In this document: positions 42,166 through 51,467 of the stretch, in pieces | Position numbering within the stretch: position 1 is the first letter of the stretch | Layout: every line of letters begins with the position of its first letter | Assembly (NCBI GenBank): GCA_003707115.1 | Contig: PPNB01000008.1 | Location: 62,001 to 126,000 of the forward strand | Length of the DNA stretch: 64,000 nucleotides | Source of the DNA: Tortispora ganteri | Taxonomy: Eukaryota | Direction: 5' to 3' | The notes under the pieces: model-generated | Told to the model about the DNA's origin: nothing | Database searches by the model: none | The model's input: only the letters and a program-made list of their open reading frames with translations | Program-made: the position numbers and the translations under genes

Positions 42166-44316
42166 ATGTTCAAGCTATCGGCCGAGTTGAAAGGCCACAA
42201 GTCTGATGTAAAGGCGCTAAAATTTGCCAATAACACGCTCATATCTACTTCTCGAGATGGAACAGGTAGGAAATGGGTGCTATCCGCGAGCCCTTTCGCC
42301 ACCTCAGAATGGACTTCTACAACGCTCTACACATCCGACCGCTTTGTCAATGCCACTATATACATGCAGGACATTAATGCTGTAGCATTTGCTGGTCAGG
42401 AATCAATAATATCGATTGTGTCCATACAAGACGGCTCTCAGCTGGCTCTTCTACCCGGCCACACCGCAAATGTTTGTACCCTCGATTACCGCGACGGCCT
42501 GCTAGTGTCCGGCTCATGGGACTACACCGCAAAAGTCTGGGATACTCACCAGGATATATTTACGCTATCGGGCCATCAGGCAGCTGTATGGGCAGTGCTT
42601 GCCCTCCCAGAGCGCCAATTCCTTACAGGATCTGCAGACTCTACTATCAAGCTCTGGAAAGATGGTAAATGCATTAAATCTGTCACAGCCCATTCCATGC
42701 CTGTCCGCGGCCTATGCCTCTTGCCAAACCATAATATTGCCAGCTGTAGTAACGATTTGACACTGAAGATATGGTCCCCTGAACTTGAACTTGTGGCTGA
42801 ACTCAAAGGCCACCAAAATTTCGTCTACCAGGTCGCCGCCCTCTCTACTGGTGAACTTGTGTCCGTGGGCGAAGACCGATCGGTACGTATATGGAAAGAC
42901 TACAAATGTGTACAGACTATTGTTCTTCCTACAGTTTCTGTGTGGACTGTCGATGTAAACGAGAACGATGACATAGCAGTCGGTTCTTCCGACTCTATAA
43001 TACGCATTTTCTCCAGATCCTCCGACCGCTGGGCTCCCAATGACCAACTCCGTCAATTCGATGAAGCGGTTGCGTCCACTGGAATATCAGTACAAGAACT
43101 TGGGCGTATACAAAAGGATAAATTCCCAAGTCTAGATGCTCTCAAAACTACTTCAGGAACCGAAGGTGACACCATCCTTGTCAAAGATCACACAAATGTC
43201 GTATCGATGCATCTCTGGACAGACGGAAAATGGAAGAAAATCGGTGAGGTGGTGGATGCAGCAGTATCCGAAAGGAAACAACTTTATGAGGGCAAAGAGT
43301 ATGATTATGTGTTCGATGTCGATATCGAAGATGGGAAACCTCCCTTAAAGCTGCCGTATAATGCCAGCGATAACCCGTATACAGCAGCATCTCAGTTTTT
43401 GGCTAAATATGAGCTGCCTTCAACCTATACTGAGCAGACTGTTCAATTTATTTTACAAAATACACAAGGGAGCCAGCTCTCTATGACCAGCACTACAACA
43501 TCTTCCACAGCTGCACCTTCGGCACCAGCACAGGTAACTACTGCTCCCCTTAAATCTCAGGACAAGATGTTGCCTATAAAGGAATATCTGACTATCGAGC
43601 AAGGCGCAGTAGATACTATTCTTAAGCGAGTTGGAGAGTCTAACTCGAGTTCTTTGTCGCCATTGCCAGCTGACGACCTACAAGCATTACCTTCACTTGC
43701 TCGAAACGTCAAAAATCCGATGTACAGCTCTGCGTTATCAGCAATTGCTATGGAAATAGTTAGAAATTGGCCAGGAAAAGAGAAACTTCCTGGACTAGAC
43801 CTTATGCGTTTAGCTGCGCCGTACATTGAGAGCGAGGCGATACCGATTATCCTGGATGGAATTCTAGAGACCGAAGGTTGCTTGAGTACCGAGTTTCCTG
43901 GAAATCTCATGACTTCTTTAAGGCTTATAGTGAACCTATTCAAAAGTGGTGGCGCTGTTAATATTATGACGAAACCTACATCCATAAAGATTCTTTCAGT
44001 TGCAAAGTCTGCCCATGATATGATTGCGCCAAAAGCTATGCCGGTAACATTGGCTACGTTGTATTTGAATTTTGCGGTGGCATACGTTCAGTCCATGAGA
44101 GATAGTGATGTTGGGACTCTTATTTTAGAAGGATTGTCAGATTTTATCGCATCTATGAATCAGGGAGACTCGGAAGCGGTGTACAGAGCTGCTGTGGCTG
44201 GCGGAACAATGATAGCCGGTACAGAATTGAATACGAACAAGCTGAAAGATCAAATAGTTTCGCTATCAGGTGACGAAAGGCTTAAATCGGTGGTGAGGGA
44301 GTTATCCACTAACTAA
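42166..44316 (+). CDS. DOA1: WD40-PFU-PUL ubiquitin/Cdc48 cofactor
   Basis: WD40 repeats (SGSWD, GH..AVW), PFU domain YEGKEYDYVFDVDIEDGKPPLKLPYN and a helical PUL domain. Confidence 0.95.
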   Translation: MFKLSAELKGHKSDVKALKFANNTLISTSRDGTGRKWVLSASPFATSEWTSTTLYTSDRFVNATIYMQDINAVAFAGQESIISIVSIQDGSQLALLPGHTANVCTLDYRDGLLVSGSWDYTAKVWDTHQDIFTLSGHQAAVWAVLALPERQFLTGSADSTIKLWKDGKCIKSVTAHSMPVRGLCLLPNHNIASCSNDLTLKIWSPELELVAELKGHQNFVYQVAALSTGELVSVGEDRSVRIWKDYKCVQTIVLPTVSVWTVDVNENDDIAVGSSDSIIRIFSRSSDRWAPNDQLRQFDEAVASTGISVQELGRIQKDKFPSLDALKTTSGTEGDTILVKDHTNVVSMHLWTDGKWKKIGEVVDAAVSERKQLYEGKEYDYVFDVDIEDGKPPLKLPYNASDNPYTAASQFLAKYELPSTYTEQTVQFILQNTQGSQLSMTSTTTSSTAAPSAPAQVTTAPLKSQDKMLPIKEYLTIEQGAVDTILKRVGESNSSSLSPLPADDLQALPSLARNVKNPMYSSALSAIAMEIVRNWPGKEKLPGLDLMRLAAPYIESEAIPIILDGILETEGCLSTEFPGNLMTSLRLIVNLFKSGGAVNIMTKPTSIKILSVAKSAHDMIAPKAMPVTLATLYLNFAVAYVQSMRDSDVGTLILEGLSDFIASMNQGDSEAVYRAAVAGGTMIAGTELNTNKLKDQIVSLSGDERLKSVVRELSTN

Positions 44317-44350
44317 AATTATTATCTGCAGATGTTAACATTTATTTCTG

Positions 44351-44849
44351 CTATTGATTAGGTTCGTTCCAATATGCATCCATTTCTGCATCTAGTTGGT
44401 CTGATGTTTTGTTTATAGATTTCGAACGACTCTCTTGCTTTTCATAAGGTTGAGAAGAGCGCTTGTGTGGTTTAGAGAAGCCACTGCTGGCTGTCGATCG
44501 CGGTTTGAGCCTGCCTCCGAGGGACGATTCTTCTATCTGCACGCCTGGCGCCTCAACGATCAATTTGAGGTAATACCCGCCTGCTTTTCTACCATCATAA
44601 GCGTCCATCAATTCCAATGCTTCGTTTTCGTTATCAACGTATACAGTTGCTGTGCCTGTATTGTAACCTTCGTAGTCGCAATCCATTTTTATTGCACGGG
44701 GGTTGAGCACGTAAGAGACCAGCTCTTCGAGGTCCTGTTGTGATATTTCAGCATGCAAATTACTGAATTTAACCTTGAAATATTGTTTTAATTGGTGATC
44801 ATCCTATTTGTTAGCGACCAATATATTTTAAAGTAAATACACTTACCAT
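44351..44849 (-). CDS. Yra/ALYREF-like RRM mRNA-export adaptor; exon 1 is ATG only (44847-44849), exon 2 is 44351-44803
   Basis: After splicing reads MDDHQLKQYFKVKFSNLHAEISQQDLEEL (RRM), with GTATV and a C-terminal LDAEMDAYW motif. Confidence 0.8.
44804..44846 (-). other. Spliceosomal intron, 43 nt
   Basis: ATG|GTAAGT ... GCTAAC-AAATAG|GAT, in frame. Confidence 0.88.
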
Positions 44850-44904
44850 TATAGAGTCGTTATCGAAAGTGGAAGGTGCGTGGGACGTAGATTGTACCAT
44901 CACA

Positions 44905-45543
44905 ATGGCGAGTCGAAAGGAAAGTGCGATACTTCGGCAATTCGAAAAGCCACAAGTTCGAGAGAAAAGGATTCAAAATAAAAGAAGACCAAAAGTGACA
45001 CAATCCGTTGATACCGTATCGGAATGTCTAAAATGGCGGAATGAAGTGATTAGAGAGATCAGCAAGAATCTAACAACTATTAACGATTCAACAGTATCAA
45101 TATCGCTTATAAGGGATCTTAATGATACAATTAATAAATTAATGAATGAGAAATATGCATGGGAAGCAAGGATATTAGAACTAGGAGGTCCTAATTATAT
45201 AGTCTCTACAGGTAAACGCGGGTACAAATATTATGGACGAGCCAAAGACTTACCTGACGTACAAGAAATACTGCAGTCTCAAGTCGATTCTAATGAAACT
45301 ATTGAAGATATTAAACCTGAAGAAGTTCATCTGTCTGCTGAGTACTACGGATACATTGATGAAACAGATCTGGTCGAATATGAAGCTGCAGAATCGCAAC
45401 GATGGAAACACCGTTTAGTGCAGTCAACAGATCCCGCCTGGATATCATTACCCACGAAAATAGTGATTCCTGATCGATCAGAGATTGAAGCATCTATTGT
45501 TCAGTTACGTAAACAGGTTTTACGTGAACAATACCTAAAGTAA
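44905..45543 (+). CDS. ISY1: NineTeen-complex splicing factor
   Basis: KWRNEVIREIS, IRDLNDTINKL, ELGGPNY, GYKYYGRAKDLP and YYGY.DE. Confidence 0.92.
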   Translation: MASRKESAILRQFEKPQVREKRIQNKRRPKVTQSVDTVSECLKWRNEVIREISKNLTTINDSTVSISLIRDLNDTINKLMNEKYAWEARILELGGPNYIVSTGKRGYKYYGRAKDLPDVQEILQSQVDSNETIEDIKPEEVHLSAEYYGYIDETDLVEYEAAESQRWKHRLVQSTDPAWISLPTKIVIPDRSEIEASIVQLRKQVLREQYLK

Positions 45544-45642
45544 TGTATATAATTATGTGACATTTTGTATTAGAATTATTCTATTATGATATACCAATAG
45601 CCATAACCTTAAGTTAACTAATTTGACACAGAGTATAACTAA

Positions 45643-45714
45643 TCCGAAATAGTGTAATGGCTAGCACGGTCCGCTCTCACCGGGCAAATCGGGGTTCAAT
45701 TCCCCGTTTCGGAG
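45643..45714 (+). tRNA. tRNA-Glu(CTC), intronless
   Basis: TCCGAAA/TTTCGGA acceptor stem, anticodon arm GTCCG-CTCTCAC-CGGGC, T arm GGGGTTCAATTCCCC, T-rich terminator. Confidence 0.95.
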
Positions 45715-45775
45715 TATTTATTTTATTTTCTTTATTTTTTTTTATTCTTTTTCCGGGCTATAACAATATGCTGAT

Positions 45776-46789
45776 ATGACAGAATTCGTTGCAAGAAATG
45801 CGTTTAATTCAGCAACAAGTATCGCCAAAACATTTACATTCAAGCACCAAAATGTGGCCTTGAAACATATGGCCGATGTGAATGCGGTCGATCTGGTCAT
45901 GGAGATCAGAGATGCTAGAGCTCCACTGAGCTCGTCAAATCCATTATTTGATAAAATGTACCGTTCAAAACCGCGACTGCACGTTTTTTCGAAATTTGAG
46001 AGATCAATATATTCTGAAAAACAGCTGGCTGATTTGTCCGATAAACAAAACGCAGAATGCGTAGTCGGCGATCTCAGAGATGCGCGATCTCACCGCGCCA
46101 TTATAAAGCATCTTAAGCACAAATACACTAAAATAGATAATCCGTATATGCCTTATATGGGTATGAACGTTATGGTTGTTGGTCTGCCTAATGTCGGTAA
46201 GAGTACGGTAATAAACGGTCTCAGATCTAGAGGAACAAATAACAAAGGATTCTTGAAAGTTGGAAACTCACCTGGAATCACGAGAAAAGTGACAGGAATG
46301 ATCACAATTAGTAACGATCCAGAGATATATGCCTACGACACTCCTGGTGTTGCATTACCAGCGGTCCTTGATCTTGAAACGCTGCTTATTTTAACACTTG
46401 TGGGCTGTATATCTGATTCATCAGTGGATCCAATCTTAACCGCAGACTACCTTCTCTACGCCATGAACCTTCAGCCGAACCATATTCGAGACAAAAGTGA
46501 CAATGGATGCTGGTACTCAAAGTTCATGAAAAACTGTACTAATGATATCAGTGAACTTTTGAAGGCGGCATCGAGCGTTTATAAACCAGAATCTAAAGAG
46601 ACCGACTATACAGGTACTGCTATACGATTACTACAAGAATGGCGTGTTACTAATTCAAGATATAGGAGGATAGGATTTGATGATATTAGCGATAATGGTT
46701 ACAATTCTTGGTGTGAAAGACAAAAAAAGTTGCTGGAACAACCTGCCGCTAGAGAAATTCTAAGATTTTTTAGGAAATCCTGCAAATGA
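45776..46789 (+). CDS. MTG1: Mitochondrial circularly permuted GTPase (RbgA family)
   Basis: EIRDARAPLSS.N, GLPNVGKST.IN, PGITR and DTPG. Confidence 0.88.
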   Translation: MTEFVARNAFNSATSIAKTFTFKHQNVALKHMADVNAVDLVMEIRDARAPLSSSNPLFDKMYRSKPRLHVFSKFERSIYSEKQLADLSDKQNAECVVGDLRDARSHRAIIKHLKHKYTKIDNPYMPYMGMNVMVVGLPNVGKSTVINGLRSRGTNNKGFLKVGNSPGITRKVTGMITISNDPEIYAYDTPGVALPAVLDLETLLILTLVGCISDSSVDPILTADYLLYAMNLQPNHIRDKSDNGCWYSKFMKNCTNDISELLKAASSVYKPESKETDYTGTAIRLLQEWRVTNSRYRRIGFDDISDNGYNSWCERQKKLLEQPAAREILRFFRKSCK

Positions 46790-46818
46790 ATAAGTTTGAG
46801 GTTATAGACACTTTCAAA

Positions 46819-47190
46819 TCATTTTCTGAACCCAAAACATAATTTCATTTTATCAAATATAAGACCAAAACATGATCTATTAAGTATTTTCTCGGCAACT
46901 AGTTCTCTACTGACGGCCTGTTCAGTGTCTTCTGAAGGTATTGACTCAGGCTCAGGACTGACTTCTTGGAGGTTCTCAAGGTTTTGCTTCAAATTTTGTT
47001 TTTCAGTTCTTATAGACTCATTAGATGTGTTTTTGCAGGATGTGGCTCTGAATATGGTATCTGGGTTTGCTGGTTTACTGATCTGCTTGAAGTACCAGTG
47101 TATACGCTTGTACACATTCTCTTCGTCTATAGGACAGTAAAATATGTTATGAACGTTGCTTGATGCTCCTATTGATTCAGATAGAGTCAT
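46819..47190 (-). CDS. Hypothetical 123-aa protein
   Basis: Open frame filling the MTG1-TEL2 gap; ATG at 47190 in ACAATG context; no family recognised. Confidence 0.45.
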   Translation of the reverse strand: MTLSESIGASSNVHNIFYCPIDEENVYKRIHWYFKQISKPANPDTIFRATSCKNTSNESIRTEKQNLKQNLENLQEVSPEPESIPSEDTEQAVSRELVAEKILNRSCFGLIFDKMKLCFGFRK

Positions 47191-47288
47191 TGTTATATGA
47201 AGATAAAGAAAAACTAAGTAAGAATTCGAGGATGAGTTTTTGACGCCGCATATAAAAGCGCATTTCTGTGTGTATGCTTTCATGCATA

Positions 47289-49844
47289 TTAATAGTCCAA
47301 ATACCGACCAACCATAACGACCTTATTTGTTACAATAAATGCGTCTAATTTATGTGCCAAACCTGCGCAAAGTCCTTTTACATGATCATCAGGAATATTT
47401 CGAGTGTTGTTCTCTAGCCATTTAAGCACCCACGACAATTCGGATCCAAAGTTATACGCTAGCTGCGATCCATCGTTCACCTCCATAATAATCATTACTG
47501 CAGTAATAGAGACTTCAGTTAGTTCGCTGATATCTCCTTCATCGCCTTTGCTCAGTGCTAGGGAGATAGCATCTAGATAGCTTTGCACAAAGGTTAGTAG
47601 CTCACTAGTCATATCGGTGATATCGGTAGACGATGGATACGATGCGTGAATAATGAGCATTAATGTTCGCATATAATGAATTAGGAGCGGTGTAGTGCTT
47701 TGTGATATGATGACTCTCGAACGAGAGTGAAACCATGCACGAGTTAACGGAGAAAAGAATACCGGACTAGCAATTTTCGAAAATCTAGTAGACGTAATAC
47801 TAGTCCGTGGTGCTTCATCTGGTCGTTTATTCAATTTTGATGATATCCATTGCACTTCGCCACCACTTATTAGTTCGCTTTTAATATTTTCTGCCGTTTC
47901 TTTCAAAGCAAGATTCTGCAGATCAGACGTCACAGCTTTTAATTGATTTGAACGAGATTCAAAACGCGAAAGAATAGAAGAAGGTAATTGTTTCAAAACG
48001 ACATTTGATCCGTGAAGCATATTTACATCAGGAAGTTCAGCTAGTCTTCTGCTGGCAAGCGCCAGTGCCGACAAGATCGATATTCTTTGCTGAAGAGAAA
48101 AATCACCAGTAAACAATATTCTCACTAGTTCAGGAGCGACATGTTCCGGGTCAGAAGCAGTTAACTCAATCATACAATCCAATTTTAATTCTTCAAAATT
48201 ATCCAGTTCATACCTGTTGCCTAAAATGGCTATCGCATGCGCAAGCCGAATGCTATGAGCGAGAACTTCTGTACCATTAGTGCGTTTGTTAGCAATTAAG
48301 CTGGCACCATACTTTAATCCAATTTCAATTTTTTCACCAGAATCGTCTGATTCAAAGTATTCTATCAGTGTTTTCAGGTAAATAGGCGGAGAAACGCTAG
48401 ATTTAGACTTTGAAATTGTAGGGTCATCATCAGAGTCCTCAGGATCGTCATTGCTGTGTAACAAGTCAAAAGCGGGGAACTCATCATCTGATTCGTGCAG
48501 TAAAAAGACATCTTGCTTTTGGTTTTGTGATACAGTCAAAGAAGATTCCACAGGTACATCATTTTGCAGCTCTATTGCCGAGCTCTTAGAGCTATAGACA
48601 GGCTTTGTGGCTGTGAATGCCGAGATCAGATCAATGCATTCTTCGATAGGCAAATTTTTCTTGTCGTTGATAGAAAGTAGATCTTCAAGTTGCTCTCTAT
48701 CTAGCTGATTAATGGTATTTGAAGCCTCGAAATCGATATGCGACGCTGGATTAGCTTTCTTGGTTAATAGTTCTGCAGCAGTCATCCCTATCGCTCTGAC
48801 ACGAGGCGTCTGAGCAGAGAGGTAGTTTGAGGTCATTTGTGTAAATGTCGATGAACGCACAAATTCTGAAAGGTTAACAGCATTAGATCTTCCTGATGAC
48901 AGCAGTATGAGCCTGAGAAGACATTCTTGGACGGCAATTGGCGTGCGAGTTACCGTGGAGCGTCTGCTGAGTAGGTCCGTAGTTTCTCCGAACAATGCAG
49001 CGACACTATCGTCCGGAAGACTAGCACAGTACACACGACAAGCAAAGTAAGGTAGTGGATTAGTAAATATATGGCGAACAACAGCAGGAACAAACCGTTG
49101 TAAGTTCATTGAAGCCAGTAGCGAGGCAAATGCAGGAACAAGCGATACATCGATAGCATAATCATGCAGGACAGCCAAGAACCGATCTAGTAGTCGCTGC
49201 TGAATATGTTCCTGCTGAAGTTCAATTAATAAAGTGAAATATTTGAAAGAGTTAGCAGATTCTAAAGATGCGGCTATGAGCGATTTTGCTGAAATTGACG
49301 ATAGACGTGCGCAGAGAGGAGCCGCCGCTTGTAGAGGCAAGTCAGATTCCCGGAGCATGTGAAATAGATGTATCGTATAGAGGTCTAGAGATGATAGTAT
49401 TGTTTTATCATCTTCACGGGCTAGTAGACGTGTAGTAGCATTTATAAGTTTACCGCCAAACAACAGAGACACGCATTGGTTCCACACTGGTGAGCAGTGG
49501 GTAGCAGCGTATATGGATCTGAGAGTTTCCGCAGTCAACGACTTAACAATAATAGAAAGATATATACGGTTGAGGGGGTCTATTTGAGGACTAGAATTAA
49601 TAGCTAGTAATAGTGCGTTAAGGCCTGGAAGGGTATGGAACAAATCATCTATGAGTGATTGGCGTGGTAATGAAGAGTATATTTGGGGTATAGATATAGT
49701 TGTAAGCGTTAGGTAGAGCTGTGAGACAGCAGGAGTAGGATCATTCAAATTTTCTAAGACATTTAATGACTCAAGACATTCAATTATCTGCTCCAAAGGA
49801 GGCTCAGACTTTAAGATGGATATCGAGTATTCAACTCGAGACAT
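47289..49844 (-). CDS. TEL2: TTT complex subunit, telomere length regulator
   Basis: Helical repeats, NYLSAQTPRVRAIGM, acidic SDDDPT followed by PPIYLKTLIEY, and GDFSLQQRISILSAL. Confidence 0.9.
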   Translation of the reverse strand: MSRVEYSISILKSEPPLEQIIECLESLNVLENLNDPTPAVSQLYLTLTTISIPQIYSSLPRQSLIDDLFHTLPGLNALLLAINSSPQIDPLNRIYLSIIVKSLTAETLRSIYAATHCSPVWNQCVSLLFGGKLINATTRLLAREDDKTILSSLDLYTIHLFHMLRESDLPLQAAAPLCARLSSISAKSLIAASLESANSFKYFTLLIELQQEHIQQRLLDRFLAVLHDYAIDVSLVPAFASLLASMNLQRFVPAVVRHIFTNPLPYFACRVYCASLPDDSVAALFGETTDLLSRRSTVTRTPIAVQECLLRLILLSSGRSNAVNLSEFVRSSTFTQMTSNYLSAQTPRVRAIGMTAAELLTKKANPASHIDFEASNTINQLDREQLEDLLSINDKKNLPIEECIDLISAFTATKPVYSSKSSAIELQNDVPVESSLTVSQNQKQDVFLLHESDDEFPAFDLLHSNDDPEDSDDDPTISKSKSSVSPPIYLKTLIEYFESDDSGEKIEIGLKYGASLIANKRTNGTEVLAHSIRLAHAIAILGNRYELDNFEELKLDCMIELTASDPEHVAPELVRILFTGDFSLQQRISILSALALASRRLAELPDVNMLHGSNVVLKQLPSSILSRFESRSNQLKAVTSDLQNLALKETAENIKSELISGGEVQWISSKLNKRPDEAPRTSITSTRFSKIASPVFFSPLTRAWFHSRSRVIISQSTTPLLIHYMRTLMLIIHASYPSSTDITDMTSELLTFVQSYLDAISLALSKGDEGDISELTEVSITAVMIIMEVNDGSQLAYNFGSELSWVLKWLENNTRNIPDDHVKGLCAGLAHKLDAFIVTNKVVMVGRYLDY

Positions 49845-49880
49845 GTTGAATCAGAAAATAGAGTTTTTGTCCAGGCAGAG

Positions 49881-51467
49881 ATGGAGCCCCCCATTTATAT
49901 TTCGACAATGATTACTAAATGGAACGTTTTTAATATTCCAGATGCCATTATAGACGGGCTGACGGTATTTAATATAAATAAAGAGAATAGTTACGAGGTT
50001 AACGATATTGAGCAAACGGAATATAGTGATATCAGCGATATCAGCGATGAGGAAACCGAATCACTAGCGCAAAAGACAGATGTGCTGAGTATCAGTTCGA
50101 AAATCAGAGCCGAATACGGAACTCCTGTTTTAGAAAATGAAAATGACACTGCTGATTTAATTGATACAAAGTCTGCAGTATCATACTTTAAATCAAGTTC
50201 TCTTCCTGATTCACAGTTGCTGGGCATATATACTTCAGTATTTCCTCGTTCAGCGATCGATGATCCATTCAAGTACTTGAAATCGCAGAAATCATCTCCA
50301 GGACATTCAGTTATTCTTTTCATTGGTGGCGGCCATTTTGCCGGTATAGTGGTAAAACACGATCCGAAACATACGATCCTGGCGCACCGCGCTTTCCACC
50401 GGTACACCACCAGAAGAAAACAGGGTGGCTCACAATCAGCTAATGACAATGCCCATGGCAAAGCGCATTCCGCAGGTTCAAATCTCCGAAGATATAATGA
50501 GCAGGCGCTCTTGCAGGAGGTGAGAGATCTGCTAGAGTTGTGGCGTACATACATCCAGTCTGCCCAGAACATCTACATCAGGGCCGCCGGCGCCAGCAAC
50601 CGAAAGATCCTCATGGGATATGAAAATGCTCCTATTCCTAATAAAGACCTTAAAGTGCGTTCACTTCCGTTCTCTACTCGTAGAGCCACCATTCCTGAAA
50701 TCACACGCGTGTGGGAACTGCTAACGTACACTTTTGTCGCAGACACTGAGACGATCCAGAAACAAATACAGGATAAACTAGACGCACAGGCTGCAAAGGA
50801 CTCACAGGACGATAAAAAATTACATGAATCGGGTACTCATGTTACGGAGGCCAAACCTAAGCACGAAAAGAGTGAAATGGAGGTTCACACCAATCAATTG
50901 ATCAGCAATGTAAAGCGATCGCGGTCTGCGGCTATTAAGCTGTACCTAAAGTCCAACAATCTCTCTCCAAATGTGATGCTAGAACCACAAGATCTGTATC
51001 ATCATACGCCTACGCTACTGCATTATGCTACATCCATTGGTCAGAAGCATGTTATACGATACCTTATTTCTAACCTGCATGCCGATTTAACTATTCAAAA
51101 CGACTCTGGTCAAACTGCATACCAAATGGCTTCCCCAACCATAAAAAATTTCTTTAGAACTCTCAGATTTGAGTTAGGAGAGGAATTTACCACGTGGGAA
51201 ACCTCGCATGTGGAATCTGCAATAGATCCGGCCACGATACCACGAGACTTGGAGTCGGAGAATGAATCTAGAACCAGTACTTTTGACGAGCCTTTGAACG
51301 TGGACAAGATAATGAAAAATACCATTAAAACTGCGAAATCAATTGGGGTCAACACTTCACTTCCTCGAAATTTAACTACATCAATGGGTTTGTCGGCTGA
51401 GGCTCGAATTCAGCTAGAAAGGGAACGCAGAGCAAGAGCTGCAGAGGAACGATTTAAGCGCAGTTAG
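49881..51467 (+). CDS. VMS1: VLRF1-ankyrin ribosome quality control tRNA hydrolase (ANKZF1)
   Basis: GGGHFAG, FHRYTTRRKQGGSQ, AHSAGSNLRRYNE, ankyrin TPTLLHYA and a C-terminal VIM RERRARAAEER. Confidence 0.93.
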   Translation: MEPPIYISTMITKWNVFNIPDAIIDGLTVFNINKENSYEVNDIEQTEYSDISDISDEETESLAQKTDVLSISSKIRAEYGTPVLENENDTADLIDTKSAVSYFKSSSLPDSQLLGIYTSVFPRSAIDDPFKYLKSQKSSPGHSVILFIGGGHFAGIVVKHDPKHTILAHRAFHRYTTRRKQGGSQSANDNAHGKAHSAGSNLRRYNEQALLQEVRDLLELWRTYIQSAQNIYIRAAGASNRKILMGYENAPIPNKDLKVRSLPFSTRRATIPEITRVWELLTYTFVADTETIQKQIQDKLDAQAAKDSQDDKKLHESGTHVTEAKPKHEKSEMEVHTNQLISNVKRSRSAAIKLYLKSNNLSPNVMLEPQDLYHHTPTLLHYATSIGQKHVIRYLISNLHADLTIQNDSGQTAYQMASPTIKNFFRTLRFELGEEFTTWETSHVESAIDPATIPRDLESENESRTSTFDEPLNVDKIMKNTIKTAKSIGVNTSLPRNLTTSMGLSAEARIQLERERRARAAEERFKRS

